A program made the translations under genes and the position numbers. From positions 40,982,001 through 41,046,000 of the forward strand of contig OX597823.1 in assembly GCA_951406725.2 (NCBI GenBank): a stretch of DNA of 64,000 nucleotides, read 5' to 3'. The notes under the pieces were generated by a model that was not told the DNA's origin, did not search any database, and worked only from the letters and a program-made list of their open reading frames with translations. Source of the stretch: Octopus vulgaris. Taxonomy: Eukaryota. This document shows, piece by piece, positions 52,604-64,000 of this stretch (within the stretch, counting starts at the first letter, position 1; every line of letters begins with the position of its first letter).

Positions 52604-54021
52604 GTATGTATGTATTTATGTATGTATATATATATAAAGCTAAATGCGTGTGCTTATGTATGTGTATAGTTACATTGACTTTTATATTCATTTATTCAAA
52701 TACTTAAATATATGTGTTTGAATACGGAGGAAGCACTTCCCTTTCGCTTATAATTCTTCTCTTCTACTTTTACGATACCTCTCTAATGTTGCACTTAGAG
52801 ATCTCCCAAGGTTTTCATCAGAATTTCTAAGTATACATGTGTAGCGTATATGAGAATATATATGTGTGTGTGTATGTGCGTGTCTTTATGCATATATATA
52901 TATGTTGTATATACGTATATGTATGTGTGTATGAACACATACGTATAAACGCAGGAGGAAACAAAGCTGCATCACAGACAAGAAACTGAAGCTAAAATGC
53001 ACAAATAATGATTTTCGCATTGGCTCAAAGCCACAAAATTTGTATAGTATAGTCGATTGTATCGACCCCTATACATATCTTGCATTTATTTTATATCGAC
53101 CTCTTCTGAATTTGAACTCAGAACAAAGAGCTATGGAACAAAATATTCAAAGACATATAGTTCACTGTACTGGAATTTCTGCCGTTTTACCATATTATCT
53201 AGCTGCTCTCGTGTTCTGTTCTCCGCTCCATCACCATATTTCTTTGCCAATAATTGCAAAATACTTCCAAAACTTCTATTTTCTTGCAATCAATACACGT
53301 TTAAATATCCGTCAATATTGAACCATTGATTGCTGCTTAGTCTCCTCCTTGATAACTTAGCCAACGAGCTACACACTTTGTAGAAAATTTATTTATCCAA
53401 CATATAACGCTGCCTTGCGCTCATATATGAAGTGTACAGTAGCTCACAAAATTTCTTCACACAACATTCGTTACACCTACTTAACATTCGTTACTCGATC
53501 ATATATTTAAACTGAAACCAAATAGGAAAGCTTTTGAACTCTGTCTTCTATAAGAGACCCGTTGCAGCACTAAAATAATGACCTCTATCATTTGGTTAGA
53601 TTCTTTATGATATATCATTTGGCAGATACCACAAATTTATTAGCCTTTGATAAACCTCTTAAATCTATTAAGGATAAGAATTAAAACGATTATGTCCATA
53701 GTAAAATGGAGAACTATTAAAACGACTAAGCCGATAGTAAAATGCAAATAACATTTCTCTCGGTGTGTGTAGAGTATATATACATAGGCATATATGCATA
53801 TATAAATGTGTGTGTGTGTGTGTGTTCCGTTTCATCGCAGGGTCTCAAGCTATAAATTATAACGTCCAGTAAAATATAACCCCTTTAATCAAATCAATAA
53901 ATAATCTGCAAGAATCTACTAACATTTATATCTTGAAGTGGAGATACATAACATTGCCTGAGCAGGCTGATGGGAACTAACACTCTGTGTCTCTGTATCT
54001 CTATATCACTAGTCCTCTCAC

Positions 54022-54063
<42 letters not shown>

Positions 54064-54671
54064 TCTCTCTATCTTTCTCTTCATTTCCTTCTTTTCTATA
54101 TTTTACATACATTCTCTACTGCCCCTCCCTAGTTCTCTTTCGCTCAAAAACTATTCACACACGCTCACACACAAAAAAAAACAACACACACAAATGCATA
54201 AACACCTAAGCACTCACACACAGAGACAGACAGACACACACACAAACATCAAACACAACACACGTACTCAAACACCTAAACCCGTAGGCACACACACACA
54301 TACAAATACCTACAGGCGCAAATATATATCCCTTGTTTTTAAGCTCCCGATTCCTTGGATGCATAGTTGCGCTGTCTGGACATACAGCGTTCTCCGGATA
54401 TTTTTAGCCGTAGCAAAACACATCCTACATTGCAGATAAGACTGCGTTTGTTCTAGCAGAATGAGAGGGAAGAGAGAGAGACAAAGAGACAGTGAGTGAG
54501 AGAGAGAGAAATGGAAGAGAAATGGAAGAGAAGCAAACGAAAAATGGACACTTGCAGGATTTGTGTTATATTTGTCAATTCTAAAAGGAGAAAAGCTCAG
54601 CTGACCTCGGCGGGATTTGAGTGTTGTGCGCATATATTACACTCACAACTCATAAAAACAAAATCCCATCG

Positions 54672-54714
<43 letters not shown>

Positions 54715-54719
54715 GCGTG

Positions 54720-54932
54720 TGTCTTTGTGCCTATGCTTCGTCCTCATCATCGCTTAACAACCGGTGGTGGTTTGTTTACGTCCCCGTAAATTAACAGTTC
54801 TGCAAAAGAGACCGATGACATAAGTACCTGGCTTAAAAAAAAAACAACTGAAGGTCAATTCGTTCAAATAAAAATTCTTCAAAGGCGTTGCCCCAGCATA
54901 GACGCAGTCTAATAACTGAAACAAGTAAAAGA
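54720..54932 (+). mobile_element. SINE tail (same family as 2150-2345)
   Basis: CATCGCTTAACAACC..GTTTACGTCCCCGTAA...CCCCAGCAT...ACTGAAACAAGTAAAAGA. Confidence 0.7.
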
Positions 54933-55010
54933 TAAAAGATATACATATTCACACCCATCCCATCCCCTCTACACAGACACGCACGTGTATACACACACAC
55001 ACGTACACGT

Positions 55011-55043
<33 letters not shown>

Positions 55044-56084
55044 CACACACAGACACACACATCAGGATCAAATCCTTTCAGAAGAATTCAAGTAGAGATG
55101 ATCAAGAGAAAAGTTATTTTCGTTAGTCAATTTAGTCACTTTCTTTAATTCATAAGGATAATTAGATTAATGAACGTAAACAATATACTGTTTACACGTG
55201 TTTCACAAGCCAGTACGAAATACAAAGGCATTGTTGCCTCTTACGACATCAGTCGCTTCATTAAATTTCAATTTACTTTCAATTGTTCATACAAAATATT
55301 TAAGAGATTCCTAGCGATCACTCTTTTAATTTAATCGAAAATACACCACGTCTAAAACAGCATATTCTGAAATGAAGCAACATACTTCACAACATGCAGC
55401 ATCCTTCATAAACGCGCAAGGAAGTTACCTTATCGGTATATCGCAGTGTTTTCATAAAGTGTGATCAGCCATATCGAAGCTAATGTCTTGTTATAAAGAT
55501 AGACAATTCACGTTGAACGTAGATTATTCATATGAAGATACGAGTCACGTTGGTTGGTAACATTGTCATAGAATGAGATCAAACACATATCAAACAGAAT
55601 AGTTTCCTCAAGATAAATTACTTCTATTGAATGCAGATCAGTCTTATCGGCACATGGTTATCTTGTAATTAGATCAGCTATGTATCAAACAAATATTTAT
55701 TGCCATTAAGATATGCTAATTATAGTAGTTATTGCATAGTTTCATAAAATATTAGTCCCTATATGTGCATGTATATGTATGCATATAAAAGTACATATAT
55801 CCTCATATACATACATAAATACAGACATACATACATAAATACACACACGTGTGGTGTGTGTGTGTGAGAGAGAGAGCGTGAGAGAGAGAGACATTGTCAT
55901 GAAATGAGATAAGCTATATTACGGGTATTCTATGCTATTGTGATTAATGATGTCTTATGTAAACACATAATAAATCTATCTATCAGTGTATCTGTTTGTG
56001 CATGTATGTGTACTTATATGTATGTGCTTATGTGAGCATGTGTGTCTTTGGTTGTACAAACAGAATCAGTAGAACTCAAAACAT

Positions 56085-56149
<65 letters not shown>

Positions 56150-56169
56150 CATGTATCCCTTTAGATTTA

Positions 56170-56458
56170 TTTATGCGCCCTTTTCAAGACTAGCCAGTTT
56201 CCCGGTTTCTATGGCGTATGTGTTCCCTCCAGCTGGACGGGACACCAGTTTATCACAGCGTTACTCAAGAAACAGAAAGAAAGAGTGAAAGTTGGGGCGA
56301 AAGAGTATAACAGGGGTCGCTACCATCCCCTGTTATACTTTATATAGCTTTAGGTGTTTTCGCTTAATAAACACACACAAAGCCCGGTCTGGGAATCGAA
56401 ACCGCGATCCTCCGACCACGAGTCCGCTGCCCTAACCACTGGGCTATTGCGCCTCCAC
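56170..56458 (-). mobile_element. tRNA-derived SINE (family B)
   Basis: Aligns with 13780-13987 and has A/B boxes. Confidence 0.8.
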
Positions 56459-57690
56459 ATGTATCCATATACATATATATGTACATATATACATACATGT
56501 ATTTGTATATATATCTATGTATATGTATGTTTACATATATGTACATATACATTTATGTAAGTGTGTGCATGCGTGTTTGTGTGTGTTTGTGTGTGCTGTA
56601 TGTAGGATAGCTTGACCCCATAGCTTGTAGCACGCTTCCTTCTAATTGTTTTACTACCAAAGTGATCGCGAGCAAACACACACAAACCACACACGCACAC
56701 TCACACACACACACACAATAACATGATACAACAGACGATATGGAAATTTATTAATCATCTATAAAACAAAATTTCTTTTTTCTTTAAAATAATTCTAGAG
56801 GATCACTTTCAGTCCTGTGTCTTAGTCAGCCTGTTTATTAATCATTCAGTCACTAATGATTATCTTCTGCAGTCATATATTTTGCAATCCGTTTTCGCCA
56901 AAAGGGACACACTGCTAAAACCGTTTAACTTTTAAAATATTGTCTGCTATACGGTGTAGAAAGTATAATATGAATGTAATGTTATTCGCGATTATTCTGT
57001 GAGGCAGGAGAAAGCAAATGTCGTATTCGTTTGTGGGAGAAGCATCACATTAGAACATTGAATTTCATTTCGAATATATTTTTAGTGTTTCTCTTGACGT
57101 ATGAAAGGTTTTTAGCTTACAAGTACTACTTCAGCATTTATTTAAATGCTACTACGTATAAACCATAAAAATGTTTAATTCGAAATGCAGTTGGCTTGGT
57201 TTATACATATATGTGTATGTGTGTATACACACAGATATATATGTGTATATTGATACATAGATATACATGCATATATGCATATATGCGTGTGTGTATGTGT
57301 GTTAGTACGTATATCTTTATATATATATTTATATACACACAAACAGACAGACAAACAGACAGATAGATAGTGTGAATGTGTGATGGGAGTGTGTGCTTTT
57401 AGTTGTGCAAATAGAAAAATAAACCCTACTTCATAGATTTTTTTATATTCTATTAAATTTAGTCTGAATGTAAGCATGTATGTATGTATGCATGTATGTA
57501 GGTAGGTAGGTATGTGTAAAGCGGCATGAATGAGTGAACGTCAGAATGTAATTAAAATGCAATTCGTTCGCCTCTGTACATTTTATATTTTCTTTAGGAA
57601 CTTTTAATGTATTTGTTTTTGTCAAAGCTTTTGTTGCATTTAAGGTCATGTGGTTCCTGCTGCAAGATTCAATATCATGTCAAAATACGC

Positions 57691-57729
<39 letters not shown>

Positions 57730-58068
57730 TTATGAAGTTCTGCAAGAATGTCAGCCGATACGAAGTGTTAATCTGATATTTCTCGAACTCTTTACCACCT
57801 GGATTTTCTTTGCTTACTTCGCTCGGTCTCTGTTTTTGTCTTCTTTTTTTTCCCCCTTTTTTCGGCCGAGGTACGGAGGCCTATCAATTTCCGATAACAG
57901 AGACTGGGTTTTGAACTCATGATACGCTGAGCTGAAATGTGAGGTATTCCATACAACGCGCTTGCGACTTTGCAAATTCATCGCCATATACGTACATCCA
58001 TTTATACACAATCATGTATGTGTGTTTGCATGCATATATGTATGTATTTATGTATGTATGTATGTATG

Positions 58069-58178
<110 letters not shown>

Positions 58179-58232
58179 GAGAGTGATGCATTTATGTATA
58201 TATATAAATATATATATATATGAAGAGAGAGA

Positions 58233-58271
<39 letters not shown>

Positions 58272-58351
58272 AAATATATATACATATATAATTATATATA
58301 TGTATATACATATACACTGAACTATATATATATATACAGGCACACAGTTAA

Positions 58352-58392
<41 letters not shown>

Positions 58393-58895
58393 AACACGTG
58401 TGTGAAAGTGGTAGAGAATAGCCTGACTACTTCGCTGAGCGATTTATTTGTCGAACAAATTAATGATTTTTCTGCATTTCAATGTGTTCTAGCATTTTGT
58501 AACATTGATTATTTCAGACTTTAACGCAATAACAGTTTCAGTCGTAACATTGATGAGTTTTCGAAACAATCGCACATATATACATAGTCACACTACGTGT
58601 ATATAAAGTTGACTATACTAGCTACGAAGATGGGTAAGATATTTAATAATACAGCGTAAGACAGAAAAGCGAACATTCCACCACGACCGTAGAACCATTC
58701 AATGACAAAGTTACTATTCACACACGCACTCACACACACTCACATCAATATATATATATCAAGATTAATCAGCCGAAATTGCGAAGATGATCCGGTTCTT
58801 GACTGAAGATCGAAGTCTTCGAGTGTCCCGTCCGTGCTTTTTGTATCGTCTTCTAATGTTTCACGTTCTTGTCCCAGTTAGTATTGTTTTATTTT

Positions 58896-58962
<67 letters not shown>

Positions 58963-58969
58963 TATATTA

Positions 58970-59170
58970 AATTTTGCCACCAGGTCAGCAATTTCGGGGA
59001 CGGGTGTAAGTCGATTAGATAAATTCCAATGTTCAACTTGTAAGTATTTTATCAACCCCAAAATGATGTATGTCGACCTCGGCGTAATTCGAACGCAGAA
59101 CATAAAGACGAACGAAATGCCGCTGGGTATTTATTGCCCGAGCAGGCTAACGATTCTGCCAGCTCACCGC
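58970..59170 (-). mobile_element. Degenerate SINE (family C)
   Basis: GTCGACCTCGGCG..ATTCGAAC...GCTAACGATTCTGCCAGCTCACCGC. Confidence 0.65.
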
Positions 59171-59397
59171 TTTTGTGTTGGCAGTTGGCATATATATATA
59201 ATTTTTAATTATATATATAATAAACAGACAATTCCTCGGCCATATTTTCGTTTTAAGTTCTTAAGATTTCGGCGCTAGAAAACACGAAATCATTTCTGTG
59301 AATAGTGTCAAGGCCGAAAAAAGGAACAAAACGAAGTCTTACGATTGTTTATTTAAGACGAACATATAAAAAGAAACAAGGACGAAATTCAAGAACA

Positions 59398-59466
<69 letters not shown>

Positions 59467-59702
59467 TGTGCGCGTGCGCGCATGGGCATTGGAGTGAAGA
59501 ATTGAAAAACTTGAAGGTAATTCTTAAGCTGACCAATATGAAGCTATACATAATAGCTGACTCTGCAGCGGATTGAAAGTGTCCGTTAGACGGAACAGGA
59601 CCTCTTACAGCATTCGAACCTGTTGTCGCCCGATCAACGGAACACTGTGCCAACCACTACATGTATACGTTCATACATACATACATACATACATACATAC
59701 AT

Positions 59703-59737
<35 letters not shown>

Positions 59738-60419
59738 TACAGACAGACAGACACATATACATAATACATACTTGCATACATACATTTCTGGTGGTAGCGA
59801 GAAGTAGTGTTAATCAACGTGAGGTGATGGACCATTCGGGGTAAAGAGAGCGTTTATTCTCTCCAGGATATATCGTTGTGAGACACATGCAAACGCACTC
59901 ACACACACACACACACACACACATAAACACGCGCACACGCACACGCGCACACACGGACACACGGGACACACACACGGACACACTGACACACAGACACACG
60001 GACACACTGACACACACATTTCCCTGGATATAGAGTGTTTGCCAGTGAAGTTCTCTTACGTAAGTAGACTTTCTAGCTGTTCTTCTGCTAATTAAGTTGA
60101 AGGAAATGGAATTAAATCTTTAATCGAATTAATTTATTTTAGTTGAGTAATAATCAACGAATCTTTACTCATTAGAACATAATTTTTCATCCGTTTCACA
60201 GTTCGTCCTTCTCCCCTCCCCCTCCTTCTTCTTTTTCTTTTTCTTCTTCTTCTTCCACTTCTTCATCTCCTTCCACTTCGTTTATTATTTCCCCTCTCAC
60301 TATCGCACCTTTTCTCTCTGCTCTTATTCATACCTGTAGCTGTACCTCTCTTTCTCTGTCTGAGTGGGTGGTGTGTGTAAATATATTTCAGTCAATTTAT
60401 TACTCTCTGATATACACGC

Positions 60420-60457
<38 letters not shown>

Positions 60458-61686
60458 ATAGTATTTAATGAACTCAGTATATATTTTTATGGGCTACTTA
60501 TAGCTTCATGCAATGAAAATGACACAGACAACATTTTGTAACATGTCTGCTGCTTTCATGCAATCGTCAGACTGAGCTCAGATTGCATATACAAGCTAAT
60601 GTAGGACTATAGAAACAGAGAAATTAGAAGAAAACGTGTAAGGGCGAAGCACCGGAAGACGAAAGGATAAAAGGGAAAAAGGAAAAAGAAAAGAAAAAAG
60701 AAAAATGGGGGAGAAAAGTGTCATGTCCCCTGTAAAATATATACTGTATTCAATATTTATCTCACACCAGATGGAGTTGTAGTTGATCTTTTTAGCGTTA
60801 AAAATCTTTCCGCCATATTTATCGTTAAAACCGTTTCCCCTTTAGCCAGTCTTTTCAATTTTAGCCTCTTGTTTTTTGTTTTGCTTTTTTTGGTGATAGA
60901 ATGTGATATAAAGGTCATTTGGCTTTTATTTCTTGCAAATTGAGAGGCCACGTAACGGTGTCAACTCCTACGTGATATTTTGCTTGTAGGAAAAGATATT
61001 CACATTTAACAGTTTTCTATACACTGTTGGTGAGTATGTTTCAAGTTTATTTTCCTTAAAGACTCTTACAAGAAAATCGTGTGAATGGGAATTGTGACGA
61101 CAATTCTTGACCGGAATAACATGAGTCAGTAATACATAAATAAATATTCCAAAACTTATATGGGAAGATAAATAAATAATAGAATCTGCAGCAGATAATA
61201 ATATAAGGCAAGTTAGTACAAATATGGCGGGGTTGCCGTGATAATTTCCCGTTTTTATTAAATTCGTAGCGAAATTAGGAATAATATATATATATTGCTG
61301 CTATCACTGCCGTTGTTTCTGCAATTGTTTCTAATTTTATAGCTTCATGTTATTTTGATAAGTTGTACAAGATTTTTCGCAACTTAATTTTTTTGAGAAT
61401 AGAGTTTCGCTTGTGCTAATGGCATTTTGTCATTTATTTTCATTTAAAAAAACATCGACGATGATGGTGAGTACGATAGATTCAAAGGCAAATGCGTTCG
61501 TAAAATCTCGGGTAGCTACTTTGGAATTTAAGTACGGGTACGCATTAACAGTGTACACACACACACGTGTATGTGTATATGTATGCGTGTGTGAGTGTGT
61601 GTACTTGTGCGTATGTCTTTGTGTATAGCTATATGTATATGAATATATATGCGTGTGTATGTATATATTTGTATATATGTATGAAT

Positions 61687-61756
<70 letters not shown>

Positions 61757-61955
61757 GTGAATGAATTATCCTATGTTTATCGTCAGCATGGAAAATTTGT
61801 TGAACCGAAACCAGGGTAGCAAATTCACGTCAGAAACACGGTTGAATCGACCTGTCCAGGGGTAGAAACTCCGGGTTCATGTGCAGAAATTTGTGTGTTG
61901 TATATGAATAAATGAAAGAATGGAGTCGAACGAAGATGTTAACAAAATTCCTTTA

Positions 61956-62037
61956 CTCTCGACATATGTTTCGAAGACAACATGGTTTCATTCCAAAGGA
62001 ATAAAGGCTGCATTATGCAATCTTCTCATCAGGAAAG
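61956..62037 (-). ncRNA. Canonical-core hammerhead ribozyme with extended stem II
   Basis: CTTTC-CTGATGA-GAAGA...TCTTC-GAA-ACATATGT-C-GAGAG. Confidence 0.8.
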
Positions 62038-62314
62038 AAAGGGAGCCTCTCTCGACAACAAGACAAACAAAAATTTCGATGACTGCCTACATGGTAAACA
62101 AAACGATAATGAGTGTTTTTAAAAAAACTGTTAGAAGAATTGACGTCAAAGATAGATAGTAGGAAGAGAAGGGTTAAAGGAATAATAGGTAGGGAACAAG
62201 TGGAGAGGGAAGGGTACGTTGATTGAAAGAACGTTCGAAGGCTTAGGAAAGAATTTCGCTATTGAAGTGGAGTGCACGTTAAGCTAATTGTTCAAACCAC
62301 AGTGACTATCGTTA

Positions 62315-62548
62315 TCATTTATATGAGTAGAAAGTATGTTTCTGCCAGTGTTTACATTTGTATGATTTTTCTATGAGTGTGTTTACAAGGGGAACCTTAG
62401 AGTAGAGAATATGGAAAAGTTCAGAGTTGCAAATGTTACAAAATCTTCTGCCCTTATCAAAAGGAAAGGATACAGACAGTATGAACCAATCTAACTTGAA
62501 ATTTATATTCTTATCTTTAAGACGCCAAACTAATTTACTTAGCCCTGT
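62315..62548 (-). pseudogene. C-terminal end of a PLE GIY-YIG endonuclease domain (5'-truncated, no start codon)
   Basis: Open frame TGLSKLVWRLKDKNINFKLDWFIL...FCNICNSELFHIL...LVNTLIEKSYKCKHWQKHTFYSYK*. It resembles the T.LS..IW.LK..W.I..CxxC..E..LN..C.H tail of some PLE endonucleases. Confidence 0.7.
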
Positions 62549-62921
62549 AAATTAGTAACATTTTGTAACATTTGCAACTCTGAACTCTTCCATATTCTCT
62601 TCTCTAGAAAAATCATACAAATGTAAACACTAGCAGAAACATACTTTCTACTCATATAAATGATAACGATAGTCACTGTGGTTTGAACAATTAGTTTAAC
62701 GTGCACTCCACGTCAATAGCGAAATTCTTTCCTAAGCCTTCGAACGTTCTTTCAATCAACTTGTTGCCTACCTATTATTCCTTTAATCCTTCTGTTCGTA
62801 CTATCTATCTTTGACGTCAATTCTTCTAACGGTTTTTTAAAAAACACTCATTATCGTTTTGTTTACCAAGTAGGCAGTCATCGAAATTTTTGTTTGTCTT
62901 GTTGTCGAGAGAGGCTCCTTT

Positions 62922-63003
62922 CTTTCCTGATGAGAAGATTGCATAATGCACCCTTTATTCCTTTGGAATGAAACCATGTTCTCTTCGAAACATATGTCGA
63001 GAG
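62922..63003 (+). ncRNA. Canonical-core hammerhead ribozyme with extended stem II
   Basis: Stem I CTTTC/GAGAG, CTGATGA at 62927-62933, stem II GAAGA/TCTTC, GAAA, palindromic ACATATGT, and a GUC triplet ending at 62998. Confidence 0.8.
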
Positions 63004-63044
63004 TAAAGGAATTTGTTAACATCTTCGTTCGACTCCATTCTTTC

Positions 63045-63081
<37 letters not shown>

Positions 63082-63261
63082 AAAGTTTGTTTGGTAAAGC
63101 ACGTGGGTGAATATATAAGAAAATAGTAAAGTGTGAAAAAACGACAGAAGGCTTAAATGTTAAAAAATATATATATTTGTGTCAAAATGTCTGGAGAATA
63201 TTGGAAAAAATTTTTTTCCCTTTCCTTAAAATGACATAATTTAAAAATTTTTAAAGAAATA

Positions 63262-63323
<62 letters not shown>

Positions 63324-63329
63324 TATGTA

Positions 63330-63432
63330 TAGGCGGGGCTGTGTGGTAAAAAAGCATGTTTCCCTACCACATGGTTCCGGTTTCAGTGCGTGGCACTTTG
63401 GGCAAGTGTGTTCTATTATATCTTCGGGCCGA
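63330..63432 (+). mobile_element. Truncated SINE head (same family as 818-957)
   Basis: GGCTGTGTGGTAA...CCACATGGTTCCGG...GTGGCACTTTGGGCAAGTGT..TCTATTATA..TCGGGCCGA. Confidence 0.65.
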
Positions 63433-63479
63433 GCTATATAGCGACGAAACCTGCACTCTATATCGTCGTGACGTCTAAA

Positions 63480-63960
63480 AATTAGAACGCTTTATTCAGT
63501 CTTGAACATCAAATGGGAATGCTATGTGTCCAACAACAAAGTCCCGGAAAGAGACAACAATGAAAGCATCAAACTGCTGGTCATGAAACACCGTCTTCAA
63601 TGGTCAGGACATGTAGCATTAATGGAAGATCCAAGGCTTTCACGTCAAGTCTTATTCAACGAGCTCACTTAATGGAAGAGACCACGTTGTTGGCCTCTTC
63701 GAAGATACAAGGACCAACTGAAAAACAATATTGAAAATCAAAGGACTTGATCCTAAATCGTTTAAACACGATCTTGAAACCATACTAGGTGGTGGTGTCC
63801 CATCATCATCGGAACCAAACCGTCGAAGCCACCAGAAGATAAAAGGAAGAAATTATAACGACAAGAGAGACAGGCTTGACAAAATCAACCTCGTCCTCCA
63901 CCAACATTCCCATGCAATCAATGACATCGCTTCTATGCAAGAACAGGTCTAGTTTGTCAA
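63480..63960 (+). mobile_element. RTE-clade LINE C-terminal remnant
   Basis: ESIKLLVMKHRLQWSGHVALMEDPRLSRQVLFNELT*WKRPRCWPLRRYKDQLK at about 63557-63722. Confidence 0.8.
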
Positions 63961-64000
63961 CAACGCCATCACTATAAAAGAAGCGATGAGGAAAGAAGAA

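Larger units (their letters stand above)
61752..63050. mobile_element. Second PLE family: two 5'-truncated copies fused head-to-head between (TA)n tracts
   Basis: About 61906-62447 is the reverse complement of about 62560-63050. Both arms carry an HHR, and a coding remnant lies at the centre. Confidence 0.88.

Noticed and set aside
58760-58898. Hammerhead in a short insert between (TA)n tracts (CTGAAGA plus hairpin TCGAAG/CTTCGA)
   Set aside because: No GAAA follows the hairpin. It may be a PLE tail fragment, but the fold is incomplete.

Overview
AT-rich, microsatellite-saturated eukaryotic DNA. The SINE families and repeat landscape suggest an octopus or other cephalopod; this is inference. 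I can support no host protein-coding gene, and nearly all short ORFs in the track are microsatellite read-through. The centrepiece (36365-43414) is a young Penelope-like retroelement (PLE) with RT plus a C-terminal GIY-YIG endonuclease, probably Naiad-type. It is a full-length minus-strand copy with one frameshift, fused head-to-head to a 5'-truncated plus-strand copy, with both outer ends in (TA)n. The window also holds about 12 minimal type-I hammerhead-ribozyme (HHR) motifs from several PLE families. These include C3:G8, U3:A8 and G3:C8 core variants and two families with greatly extended stem II. About seven fold-back or inverted structures are anchored in (TA)n tracts. Other elements are a decayed Tc1-type transposon nested in a SINE, tRNA-derived SINEs, R4/Dong-like, RTE-like and L1/Tx1-like LINE remnants, and a possible Helitron 3' end. 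All coordinates and structures were read by eye, so repeat boundaries are approximate.
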